From the IMG/VR virus record IMGVR_UViG_3300035698_017129: DNA of 64,000 nucleotides. One strand, given 5' to 3'. Each line of letters opens with the position of its first letter. The first letter of the stretch is position 1. Under the pieces are notes generated by a model. That model did no database searches and had not been told where the DNA came from. It saw only the letters and a list, made by a program, of their open reading frames with translations. Below are positions 9,065 through 17,625 of the stretch, piece by piece. Position numbers and translations under genes: made by a program. Origin of the DNA: an uncultured virus (IMG/VR IMGVR_UViG_3300035698_017129). Taxonomy: Duplodnaviria > Heunggongvirae > Uroviricota > Caudoviricetes.

Positions 9065-9326
9065 AGCGAGGATCCGTGACGGCTTCTGCTGCGCCATGTG
9101 CACTTCCAATTTTGGAGGTCACTGGCGTTTGCACGGTCACCACATTCGACCGAAGGCATTGTATCCTGAGCGCGCTGCTGATCCTGACAACATCATCACG
9201 CTCTGCATGCTCTGCCATTTGTGGATTGTTCACGCTGGGTCCATCGGAGACGGTGGCCGCAAGCGTGGGAACTGGAGGAAATTTGTTTTGATGTTCGTGA
9301 ACATCGTTCGTTACACCCAAAAATGA
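9039..9326 (+). CDS. stand-alone HNH endonuclease
   Basis: RDGFCCAMC...LHGHHIRP...DPDNIITLCMLCH: CxxC, HH, N and CxxCH pattern of HNH nucleases. Confidence 0.85.
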   Translation: MTESTAKRRARIRDGFCCAMCTSNFGGHWRLHGHHIRPKALYPERAADPDNIITLCMLCHLWIVHAGSIGDGGRKRGNWRKFVLMFVNIVRYTQK

Positions 9327-9545
9327 CACTTAACCGCATGACCGCAACGCACACCACGAGAGAAACCAGACGGGAAAACGAGACGCCACAAAGAGGACGT
9401 TACCCCGCTTCGAGAGAGGTTGAGGGTGACACTGACTGATGAGGACTAGAATGTGGCGCAAACCACATCCCTTATTCCGGCCCCTAACACGGGTCGGAAT
9501 TTTTTACCTCCCCCGCCCCGCCTTTATCGGCTATCATTAGTTCGT

Positions 9546-11423
9546 ATGCATTCCACGACCAAATCTGCAGCAACCATGGGATCAGCCCTTGGTGTCGGCG
9601 CAGGAGGCGGAGCCATAGCTGGCGCCCTCGCTGCCCTTTTCGACGAAGATCCCAACTTACGGAAACTTTTGCAGAACTCCCTCGTGGGTGCTGCAGGAGG
9701 CGCCGCTATTGGTGGCGGTGTAAAGGCGTTGGGCGGAGACTCAGGAACAGGTGGCGCTGCCGGAGATACTGTCCCAACGCCGACCGCCCCAGGCAACAAG
9801 ATGAACCTCAGCCTGGCCGCGTTGTCAGGCGCTATACCCGGCATTGGTCCGGCGGCGCACGCCCTGGCATCGAATGGGTTGAATGCAGGAGGAGCGGCCC
9901 AGGCAGCTGGAAGCGGCCTAGCATCGATGACGGCCGGTATGCTCACAGCTGGCCGTGCTGCTATGGAGGCTAAGGCGACCGGTGTGACCATGCCGGGGAA
10001 GAAGATGGCGTTGGGCTACGGTGCCAGCGCTGTCGCAGCCCTACTCGCCGCTGCAGCCGGTAACCATTTACGGACACAGGAGAAGACAGCATCCCTGCGC
10101 CAGGCCCTCCTGGGCGGCCAGGTCACGAAGTCTGCAGCCAAGCTGGTGCGTAAGCCTCAGATGGTTGAAGAGGCGCACGACCATTGCCCTCATTGCGATC
10201 ACGAGTTCCAGGAGAAAGGCTACCCACGCCCGCAGTTCCCGGACGGGACTGACGACGCAACCCGGGAAGCTGCGCTACAGAGCGGTGACTACGACGAGCA
10301 CTGCAGTTCATGCGGAGGAATCGTTGACCAGGAGGAGATGTCCGACGAGGAGATCGACAAGCACTGTGACACGGGCTTGGTCTCGCAGGACAAGGAGTTC
10401 TCCGATCAGATGCGCGACCAATACAGGTCACGACGGACAAAGCAGCAGGAACGACGTGAAGCGAGGGAGAAGTCGGCAGCCGCCGGCCCCTCCAAGAAGA
10501 CCATCGAAGCTGCCCTGACAGAGGCGGGTATCCCGACGGATGTGATGATCTTCTACAAGGGTGACCGCGCTACCGCATATTTCGGTGACTGGCACGAGAC
10601 GGATATATGGAAGGCGACCAACAAGGTGGGCCGGAAGTTGTTCAAGAACTGGGAGGAGCCAGACGACAGTGAGATTGGCTGCCCGGAATGGGCGCAGTCA
10701 ACGCCGAGTGTCAGTTCCAACACCAAGGGCGAAGACGTGATCCACGAGTGCCGCCACAACATTTGCGAATGCGGTAAGGTCACCAACTACTGCTCCGACG
10801 CTACCGATGGGAAGCACGAACCGAAGAAGACCACGCATAATAAGTGCAAGCGCTGCGTTAATACTGCTCCGGGCGATAAGGCACCTTTGGCGAGTATCTA
10901 CGGCGGGATCACGAAGTCAGCCAACATCCGCCAGGCCCGGAACGCCACAGCCACCGATCCCACGCCGGCCCAGGCTCACGAGGGCAACTATGCCAAGGGT
11001 GAGTTCAACTTCCGCGGGCTACCAATTAAGATCGAGAACCCCAAGGGCACTGAACGCCGGGGCTACAACAAGCTGGGCGCTGTCACCTGGAAGCGGATCA
11101 TGCATGCGGACTACGGCTACATCAAAGGCACCAAGGCTGTCGACGGTGATGCCGTTGACTTCTTCGTGGGGCCGGATCACGACAGCGACCTGGTCGTAGC
11201 GATCGATCAATACCGCGGTAAGACATTCGACGAGACGAAGTTCGTAGGAGGTGTGACGACCCAGGAGCAGGGCGAGAAGCTCTACCTGCGTCACTACCCC
11301 AAGAGCTGGAAGCTAGGCCCTGTCAGCACTACGACAGTTCCGCAGCTAAAAAAATGGCTCAAGGATGGTAGGACGATGAAGCCGTTCAAGGGTCAGATAC
11401 TGAAGGCGGTTGGGGTGATCTGA
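9546..11423 (+). CDS. multidomain putative virion protein with C-terminal inorganic-pyrophosphatase-like (InPase) domain
   Basis: C-terminal PTPAQAHEGNYAKG...IENPKGTERRG...DYGYIKGTKAVDGDAVDFFVG...FDETK; Gly-rich hydrophobic N-terminus; Cys clusters; segments bounded by KSA/KTA. Confidence 0.75.
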   Translation: MHSTTKSAATMGSALGVGAGGGAIAGALAALFDEDPNLRKLLQNSLVGAAGGAAIGGGVKALGGDSGTGGAAGDTVPTPTAPGNKMNLSLAALSGAIPGIGPAAHALASNGLNAGGAAQAAGSGLASMTAGMLTAGRAAMEAKATGVTMPGKKMALGYGASAVAALLAAAAGNHLRTQEKTASLRQALLGGQVTKSAAKLVRKPQMVEEAHDHCPHCDHEFQEKGYPRPQFPDGTDDATREAALQSGDYDEHCSSCGGIVDQEEMSDEEIDKHCDTGLVSQDKEFSDQMRDQYRSRRTKQQERREAREKSAAAGPSKKTIEAALTEAGIPTDVMIFYKGDRATAYFGDWHETDIWKATNKVGRKLFKNWEEPDDSEIGCPEWAQSTPSVSSNTKGEDVIHECRHNICECGKVTNYCSDATDGKHEPKKTTHNKCKRCVNTAPGDKAPLASIYGGITKSANIRQARNATATDPTPAQAHEGNYAKGEFNFRGLPIKIENPKGTERRGYNKLGAVTWKRIMHADYGYIKGTKAVDGDAVDFFVGPDHDSDLVVAIDQYRGKTFDETKFVGGVTTQEQGEKLYLRHYPKSWKLGPVSTTTVPQLKKWLKDGRTMKPFKGQILKAVGVI

Positions 11424-11427
11424 CACT

Positions 11428-11463
11428 GCAATTCTTTAGGCGGGTGCGTCATAAAGAATTGCT
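11428..11463 (+). promoter_or_regulatory. repeated cassette promoter / 11-bp inverted repeat, copy 1
   Basis: GCAATTCTTTA-N13-TAAAGAATTGC-T-ATG. Confidence 0.75.
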
Positions 11464-12153
11464 ATGAAGACTACTGATACCATCAGAAAGGCTCGGAAGC
11501 AGGCGACCCCTAAGAAGGTTCCAATTTCGCGCAAAGCGAGCGCAGTTCTGGCTGCCGCTCATAAACCACAACTCAACCCCGGCGCAGGAATCCCTGCGGC
11601 CCACGCAGAACTGGAGCCAACGCTCTACGACCCGTTCCACGCGGACGACGAAGCGAGCCATACCAGTATGCTGGAAGGCATGCCGGCTTATGTTGATCGT
11701 TTAGACGACCAGCAGTTGCAGGACCTTCTGCATCACGTAGAAGGCGTTGCCCACCGCCGGAGCCCCGAAGGCAAAGGCGAGAAGATCATCCTCGAGGCGA
11801 TGAAGAGCACGAGCTCAACCCTCGCAGGTGACATGGAAGTCGCAGAACACGATGTTAGCATGCTGGCGTCGGCGTTCCTCACCTTCTTCGGTCGGCGCTG
11901 GCCGGCCGCAACGGTGAAGCGCCACACCCCGTCCCAGTGGGACGGTTTGTTCTGCTCGTCGCAGATCAAACTGAAAGACTCTGTCTTCGGGAAGGTCACC
12001 GTTTCCGTCGGGGCGACCATGGATGACAACCTCCGGTTCGCCACCATGACGGACAGGGAGAGCGGTGACACGCTCTTCACCGCATCAGACGTCGACGTCG
12101 ACGTCGTCATCCACGCGTTCGCTGCTTACGCGGCGAGCCAGTTGATGACGTAA
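11464..12153 (+). CDS. hypothetical protein (cassette gene)
   Basis: ATG directly follows the repeated motif; a GC hairpin follows the stop. Confidence 0.75.
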   Translation: MKTTDTIRKARKQATPKKVPISRKASAVLAAAHKPQLNPGAGIPAAHAELEPTLYDPFHADDEASHTSMLEGMPAYVDRLDDQQLQDLLHHVEGVAHRRSPEGKGEKIILEAMKSTSSTLAGDMEVAEHDVSMLASAFLTFFGRRWPAATVKRHTPSQWDGLFCSSQIKLKDSVFGKVTVSVGATMDDNLRFATMTDRESGDTLFTASDVDVDVVIHAFAAYAASQLMT

Positions 12154-12218
12154 AAAGATACGTGCGGTCTCGGTCCCACGCGGGGCCGGGGCCGTATCTC
12201 TCTCTCAATCAGAATACC

Positions 12219-12443
12219 ATGCCAAAGCGTGATCAAACAACGCGGCGACTAGCCGCAAAGCCAGCTGACTTCCCTCAGTTCGGCCGCTTCCATGCGGAGC
12301 AACGAGTGCGGGGCAATCGCCTTGCGCTGAAATACGGGCAGACCTCACCTCCATCACTGGACATACGGCTGGCGCGCCCTTCGCGCCGCCGCCGGCCGTA
12401 TGTCGCCTACGAATACCTACGGACGGAGGAGTTCGATGGATAA
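12219..12443 (+). CDS. hypothetical basic protein
   Basis: ATG at 12219; overlaps the next ORF. Confidence 0.4.
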   Translation: MPKRDQTTRRLAAKPADFPQFGRFHAEQRVRGNRLALKYGQTSPPSLDIRLARPSRRRRPYVAYEYLRTEEFDG

Positions 12444-12831
12444 GCCTATCTTCACCGTTGAAACCCCCTCCTTCCTGGGCATACCCACGGCGGAGGGGGC
12501 TACACTGCAGGAGAAGTATCAGGGAGAGAAATCGATGGCGGTCTCTCTTGTGCCCTGCTACATCCACGGGGAGTTACAGGACCTGGTCGGTTATGACATC
12601 GCCCGCTTTGCAGCAGGCGACATACTGGACCAGGAGACGCAGGCGTGCGTGGTGATCGACTCCGACGAACGCAGGCACCAGGCTGTCATCGCTGCCGTTA
12701 CCATCCCGCACGCTGACAAGCCGACCAGGGCGGCGTTCATCGTCCTCGCTGTGGATGTGGACGACGCACTCGACCACCTCCGTAAGGCGGTGGACAAGAC
12801 GCACGCAGGCTCACCTCGGGTCATGCTGTAA
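12436..12831 (+). CDS. hypothetical protein
   Basis: GGAGGAG upstream of ATG 12436; ends before a hairpin. Confidence 0.6.
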   Translation: MDKPIFTVETPSFLGIPTAEGATLQEKYQGEKSMAVSLVPCYIHGELQDLVGYDIARFAAGDILDQETQACVVIDSDERRHQAVIAAVTIPHADKPTRAAFIVLAVDVDDALDHLRKAVDKTHAGSPRVML

Positions 12832-12849
12832 ACAAACCAAAGGATTCAC

Positions 12850-12912
12850 ACCCGGGGTCGAGAGGCCCCGGGTGTTGCAATTCTTTACCTCGTTGTGCCA
12901 TAAAGAATTGCT
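12850..12912 (+). promoter_or_regulatory. terminator-like hairpin fused to cassette promoter, copy 2
   Basis: ACCCGGGG-TCGAGAGG-CCCCGGGT then GCAATTCTTTACCTCGTTGTGCCATAAAGAATTGCT-ATG. Confidence 0.75.
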
Positions 12913-13494
12913 ATGAGCACATCTGCTACAACAAAGACAAGCGCGACACCGCGTGAAACGGGCACGTCTCCTGACGAGGCCCTCAACGTAACTTCAACCC
13001 CCACCACGAAGCGCCCCTTCGGGCCCATTGCGCAGTTCGTCAAAGGCACCGATGACATAACGCTCGAGCGTATCCGCGAGGTCGTGGATACGGAGCGTGA
13101 AAACCGATCAGACGAGGGCCGCGGGGCTGCCCTATTCAGCGACATGTACGGTCCCCTCAGGGCCCGCTACGAGATTGAACTCGACGACGCATTCGCGGAC
13201 GTTGAGACGATCACCGGAGCGGTGAAGGAGGCATTCAGCTACCACCCCGGCGGCCGTGTGGTCGCGAGCAACACCCAGCACTACGGAGACAAGGTGGTCA
13301 GCTCCACCCGTATCCGTGTGCGCGGCGACTCAGAGTTACGCACTGCCCGGGTCGTCGTGACGGCTGTGGTAGGCGACACTGGGCGGGTAACGCTCGCGAT
13401 ACGCCGGCGCATTCTGCGCGATCCGGAGTGCTACGAGACCGGCTCGGTAGAGCTCGTCATAGCTGAGCTGGCTGACTTCCTCAGCCGCCGTTAA
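12913..13494 (+). CDS. hypothetical protein (cassette gene)
   Basis: Starts at the motif ATG. Confidence 0.75.
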   Translation: MSTSATTKTSATPRETGTSPDEALNVTSTPTTKRPFGPIAQFVKGTDDITLERIREVVDTERENRSDEGRGAALFSDMYGPLRARYEIELDDAFADVETITGAVKEAFSYHPGGRVVASNTQHYGDKVVSSTRIRVRGDSELRTARVVVTAVVGDTGRVTLAIRRRILRDPECYETGSVELVIAELADFLSRR

Positions 13495-13517
13495 AGATCC
13501 TGCCAGCCTAACAAGAG

Positions 13518-13688
13518 ATGAGGCTATACCATCTGCGAAGCCAAGACCTGCGCGACATGCGGGCAGTCGTCGACCTCGTAAAAGAGTGCGGCGGTAAGGC
13601 TCTCCACCAGGCACCGATAATCGGCGGCTTAGTGGTATCCTGCACACCAGAGGTGGCAAGCCTCTGCGGATTGGTCCCCTGGGACTAA
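13518..13688 (+). CDS. small hypothetical protein (56 aa)
   Basis: MRLYHLRSQDLRDMRAVVDLVKECGG...LVPWD fills the gap up to the next hairpin. Confidence 0.5.
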   Translation: MRLYHLRSQDLRDMRAVVDLVKECGGKALHQAPIIGGLVVSCTPEVASLCGLVPWD

Positions 13689-13699
13689 TGAGAGTTGTA

Positions 13700-13765
13700 C
13701 ACCCGGCTCCCACGTGGGAGCCGGGTGCTGCAATTCTTTACCTCACTGCGTCATAAAGAATTGCT
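13700..13765 (+). promoter_or_regulatory. hairpin plus cassette promoter, copy 3
   Basis: CACCCGGCTCCCACGTGGGAGCCGGGTG then GCAATTCTTTA-N13-TAAAGAATTGCT-ATG. Confidence 0.75.
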
Positions 13766-14002
13766 ATGAAGTCAACTACCATACCCCGCTCACCCGTCAC
13801 ATACACCACGCACCGCCGCCAAGGCATTTCTGTGGTGTCTAACACTCCATCTTCAAGCTGGACCAACCCCGTGTCCGACCGGACACCTGATGAGGAGTCA
13901 CTCTCCGCCCGCCTCGTGGAGGCGGGTACCAGCTGCACTAAGCTTCCGTCGAGCGACCCGTCCAGTCTCCCTTGGAAGCCTGGACGCATTGTGCGCAACT
14001 AG
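13766..14002 (+). CDS. hypothetical protein (cassette gene)
   Basis: Starts at the motif ATG and ends before the next hairpin. Confidence 0.55.
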   Translation: MKSTTIPRSPVTYTTHRRQGISVVSNTPSSSWTNPVSDRTPDEESLSARLVEAGTSCTKLPSSDPSSLPWKPGRIVRN

Positions 14003-14011
14003 ACTAGACCC

Positions 14012-14080
14012 GCAGCACCCGGGGCCATCGTGGTCCCGGGTGCTGCAATTCTTTACCTCGTTGTGCCATAAAGAATTGCT
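14012..14080 (+). promoter_or_regulatory. hairpin plus cassette promoter, copy 4
   Basis: GCAGCACCCGGGGCCATCGTGGTCCCGGGTGCTGC overlapping the motif's left arm. Confidence 0.75.
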
Positions 14081-14491
14081 ATGGATACATCAACCACATC
14101 ACCAAAAGGAGCTCTGACTCCAGAACAATCAGCACTCAACCTCTTCGAGGTTGTCACGGGAACTAAGGCGTTCAACGCGTTCTACCCTGCGTCGAACTCG
14201 GTTCGTCTAGCTGCGCGGGGCGAGTCCCTGGGCAGTATCGCCTTGGAGCAGAGGCTGCGCGTCCACCTCGCTGGCGCTGTCATGGGCGTGGGTAACATGG
14301 AGCGTAAGCTCATCCGCCGCATCTGCCAGATCCGCCGAGAGGTGGAATACTTGAAGGACCTTGACCCTGCTGTAAAGCAGGTCGTGAAGGAGGCAGTAGC
14401 GTGGCTCCGGGCAGTGGGCCGAGAGGTCGACTTTCAGGCGGACAACCCAGCCAACTGGGTGACCCAACGTGGAGGGGAGCCCCGCTGGTGA
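14081..14491 (+). CDS. hypothetical protein (cassette gene)
   Basis: Starts at the motif ATG; first 18 aa identical to the gene at 14858. Confidence 0.7.
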   Translation: MDTSTTSPKGALTPEQSALNLFEVVTGTKAFNAFYPASNSVRLAARGESLGSIALEQRLRVHLAGAVMGVGNMERKLIRRICQIRREVEYLKDLDPAVKQVVKEAVAWLRAVGREVDFQADNPANWVTQRGGEPRW

Positions 14492-14784
14492 TGCACGTGG
14501 AAACACTCCAGATCAGTAGTGTATCCATCGACGAGGCCATGGTAATCCTCCGCCTCATCACGATGGATACGTCGCCCCGCTCGAACCCCGCCATGCTCAC
14601 TGGAGAACCCGGCGAGCCCGCGCGGCATCGGCAGCTCGACGAGCTGAATAACATATTCGCCACCGTCACCGACACCGGTGAGAGCATCCGTATCACGGTG
14701 CGCAGCGAGTTCTCAATGAACAAGGCCATGCTCGTCGTAGCGCAGGCGCTCCAAGTGCTGCCGGGAATATTCTCCAAGGTTTAA
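14491..14784 (+). CDS. hypothetical protein
   Basis: TGATG coupling; MHVETLQISSV... Confidence 0.6.
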   Translation: MHVETLQISSVSIDEAMVILRLITMDTSPRSNPAMLTGEPGEPARHRQLDELNNIFATVTDTGESIRITVRSEFSMNKAMLVVAQALQVLPGIFSKV

Positions 14785-14791
14785 CCTGGAT

Positions 14792-14857
14792 GCAAGCAGC
14801 GGTCCGCCTGGGCCGCTGCTTGCAATTCTTTACCTCGTTGTGCCATAAAGAATTGCT
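14792..14857 (+). promoter_or_regulatory. hairpin plus cassette promoter, copy 5
   Basis: GCAAGCAGCGG...CCGCTGCTTGC overlapping the motif. Confidence 0.75.
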
Positions 14858-15175
14858 ATGGATACATCAACCACATCACCAAAAGGAGCTCTGACTCCAG
14901 AACAATCAGCAGAACTCAATGCTCCCCCAGTGGAGCACTGCCGCGCGAAGATCGCGGAATGCTCGCAGGAGCTCATCGACCTGTCCAGAGATGGACGGTC
15001 GAACACCGCCGAGGCCCGCCAGGCCCTCCATCAGATGTCCTACAACCTCGGCATCCTGTCTGTCCTGACAGGGCGGGGCCGCGATATCTATGACCTCTCA
15101 AAGCCTGAGGTGGGATACGGCATTCTGAACGGGTGGGCAACCCTCAAGAAGGATGCCGAGGAAGGTCGCATTTAA
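14858..15175 (+). CDS. hypothetical protein (cassette gene)
   Basis: Starts at the motif ATG. Confidence 0.7.
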   Translation: MDTSTTSPKGALTPEQSAELNAPPVEHCRAKIAECSQELIDLSRDGRSNTAEARQALHQMSYNLGILSVLTGRGRDIYDLSKPEVGYGILNGWATLKKDAEEGRI

Positions 15176-15182
15176 TCAACCC

Positions 15183-15249
15183 GCACCCTGGTCTCCTTCG
15201 GGAGGCCAGGTGTGCAATTCTTTACCTCCTTGCGTCATAAAGAATTGCT
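15183..15249 (+). promoter_or_regulatory. hairpin plus cassette promoter, copy 6
   Basis: CCTGGTCTCC-TTCG-GGAGGCCAGG (UUCG tetraloop) then the motif. Confidence 0.75.
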
Positions 15250-15657
15250 ATGAAACCTATAACCATTGCAAGCACACTCGCCCTCATCGTAATCTCCGTG
15301 ATGCTGCTCAGCAGCTGCGGAAGTAATGAGGCCATTGAAACCCCAACCCCTGAGCCAGCAGCCGAAGAGGCGAGCTGGTTCGACCGTCTGCTTGAGCGCG
15401 AACAGGCCCCTGTGGTCATCGTCGTCGCGCCGACCGAGGAGTGCGAGCCGTCATGGTTCTCACGTCTCACCAGTCGCGGCGAGGAGATCGAAGAAGCTGT
15501 CGTAATTGAAGAAGAGGCTGCGGAGTCTTGGATCAAGCGCATCTTCACGAAGGACGCACCAGAACCAGAACCTGAGCCCGTAGTCGTTGTTGACGACAGC
15601 GGTGACGGTTGGCTCGCCACGACCTGGTCCCGGGTAACCGGCCCAGGCGAAGAGTAA
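15250..15657 (+). CDS. putative lipoprotein, acidic with repeated SW(F/I)xR(L/I) motifs
   Basis: Signal peptide ending LLSSC (lipobox); EASWFDRL, EPSWFSRL, ESWIKRI. Confidence 0.7.
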   Translation: MKPITIASTLALIVISVMLLSSCGSNEAIETPTPEPAAEEASWFDRLLEREQAPVVIVVAPTEECEPSWFSRLTSRGEEIEEAVVIEEEAAESWIKRIFTKDAPEPEPEPVVVVDDSGDGWLATTWSRVTGPGEE

Positions 15658-15667
15658 TATTCACCCG

Positions 15668-15734
15668 CGCCACCGGCCTCCGCACGGGGGTCGGTGGCGT
15701 AATTTTTTACCTCCCTGCGTCATAAAGAATTGCT
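15668..15734 (+). promoter_or_regulatory. hairpin plus cassette promoter, copy 7 (left arm degenerate)
   Basis: CGCCACCGGCC...GGTCGGTGGCG then TAATTTTTTACCTCCCTGCGTCATAAAGAATTGCT-ATG. Confidence 0.7.
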
Positions 15735-15781
15735 ATGAGCTTAACTAAACGAGAGAATCACCGGGGTCCTAACGGGCTCCG

Positions 15782-17596
15782 GTGATTCCTCTTCTTTACC
15801 CGTCGTCACTTCTATGGCAAACTGTCCACGTGCCAAAGGATCCAGAGTCGTTAGGAAGTGGGATCGGAGCGTTACTAGCGGACTTTGTGCCGTTACTACC
15901 GTCCGGGGCTAGGCGTGCCGGCGCAGCTAAAGTCATGGCCGCGCGCACTGGGGACGATCCGTCGTTCCTCGTAGACCACCCGATCAAGACGCAACTGCTG
16001 GCTATGGGCCTGGGTAGCGTAGGAGGAGCTCTCACGCAGGGCCAGAGCCGTGGCACCCGGATAGCCGCGTCAGCCAGCCCGCTCGTTCTCGTGCAACTAC
16101 TGCGCCATCTGGAGCTCAAGAAGATTCAAAAGACCTACGACAGCGAGAAGCGGACGCGACTTCGCGACTTAGATGAGGAAGAGTTATTTGATAACGGGTT
16201 CATGGGATTAGGCGGTAGCCGTCGCCTGGGCGCTGTGAACGCTTACGAGACTATGAGAGATAGGAAGTATAAGGGATTCGGGTCACTCGCTGAGGCCGGC
16301 GACGCCATTCAACTGGCAGCGGGAGCCGTGAATCCCGCCCTCGGCCTGGGCGCCATACCGCTCGTCGCAGGCATCGACAACCACGCGGCTGACAAGATGC
16401 TTGCCAAGTCTGCTGGGACTCACGGGCGCGTGATGAAACTGCTGCGCTCGGTCGCCGCCAAGGCTCCGGATGATGCCGCGTGGGCTCCCTATCTCTCCAA
16501 AGGCATAGGCGGAGCAGCCAGTAAAGCTTTCCAAGGTGCTGAAGGTAAGTTGAACCTGAAGAAAGGTCTCGGCGTTGGCGCAGGCGTTGGAGGTTTAGGT
16601 CTAGGCCTGGACGTTGCAGTAGATGGTAAAGTCGATCACCCGCTCCTGGCCGCATTGGCTGGAGCCGCAGGCGGTGTCTCACCTGGCGCACGCGCAGCCA
16701 GTAAACACATGATGGGACGGGTGAACTCCAACCGCGACGTGGTGCGGCGGTTAATGAACGCAGGCGTTGAGCCTAACACGAATATCACCGACTCTATCCT
16801 GAGCATCGGTACTAAATTGGGCATGAAAGCGCCGGCGCACCATCCAAGCCCTGAGTGGGGCTGGAAGGACATCCTCAAGAACATCGGCAGACCTAAGGGA
16901 GAGATGCGAATCGGCCTCCTCAGTAACGCTAAGTCGAACGCAGGGCAGACCCGCAAGGCGCTCGGGGATGCTCAATCACAGCTCGGGATTCACACGATCG
17001 ACGCAGGCAACATCGTGAACCCGGACATCTATCGAGGGATAAACGAGGGCCCGATGCTGCTCCGCCGCAAACTCAACCAGCAAGGGTTCAAGAGGATATA
17101 CGGAACCGCTGATCACAACGCAACCCGCGACGCCAACCCTGGGTTGATGGATGGCTTATTCCAGCACGTCGCGAGCAAGACCAAAAAGAAGGGCTTCAAC
17201 AAGGCTATGGACGAGGGCCGTATGGTTCCAACCTGGGATGATTCCATCGAATGGATGGGAGACCGCAACGCGTTCAATGAGGCCGGTCGCATGGGCAAGG
17301 CCAAGGCTAGGCAGTGGATGTCGGACAACGTAGGCATACGCCATTCCCGGGACTGGGATCATGCGGTCCAGCGCGCGGTGATGAGCGCCAAGACGACCTA
17401 CAAAGGCATCAAGCCAAAGGACTTCGTATACAGCCGAGGGCAGTTGCCTCAGGCTAGAAACCCCGTCACCACAGTTACCCCCACGAAGCCGCGCATGGGA
17501 TCGTTGTTTGATGTGGACGCCCCCAAGGCTAAGTTCGACGTTGATATTCAGGAGTGGGCGCGGATGCTCAAGGATCGCAAGGCTGCAGCGGTATAA
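15782..17596 (+). CDS. putative virion (internal head/ejection) protein; true start probably the GTG near 15830
   Basis: Long ORF; Gly-rich hydrophobic segments; internal LAKSAG. Confidence 0.65.
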   Translation: MIPLLYPSSLLWQTVHVPKDPESLGSGIGALLADFVPLLPSGARRAGAAKVMAARTGDDPSFLVDHPIKTQLLAMGLGSVGGALTQGQSRGTRIAASASPLVLVQLLRHLELKKIQKTYDSEKRTRLRDLDEEELFDNGFMGLGGSRRLGAVNAYETMRDRKYKGFGSLAEAGDAIQLAAGAVNPALGLGAIPLVAGIDNHAADKMLAKSAGTHGRVMKLLRSVAAKAPDDAAWAPYLSKGIGGAASKAFQGAEGKLNLKKGLGVGAGVGGLGLGLDVAVDGKVDHPLLAALAGAAGGVSPGARAASKHMMGRVNSNRDVVRRLMNAGVEPNTNITDSILSIGTKLGMKAPAHHPSPEWGWKDILKNIGRPKGEMRIGLLSNAKSNAGQTRKALGDAQSQLGIHTIDAGNIVNPDIYRGINEGPMLLRRKLNQQGFKRIYGTADHNATRDANPGLMDGLFQHVASKTKKKGFNKAMDEGRMVPTWDDSIEWMGDRNAFNEAGRMGKAKARQWMSDNVGIRHSRDWDHAVQRAVMSAKTTYKGIKPKDFVYSRGQLPQARNPVTTVTPTKPRMGSLFDVDAPKAKFDVDIQEWARMLKDRKAAAV

Positions 17597-17607
17597 CGCC
17601 CGTCCCC

Positions 17608-17625
17608 GTGTCATAAAGAATTGCT
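17608..17625 (+). promoter_or_regulatory. cassette promoter, right half only (copy 8)
   Basis: GTGTCATAAAGAATTGCT-ATG. Confidence 0.65.

Noticed and set aside
11428..15734. Integron attC sites
   Set aside because: No GTTRRRY/RYYYAAC core boxes recognised and no integrase in the window; the fixed position at the ATG fits a promoter better.
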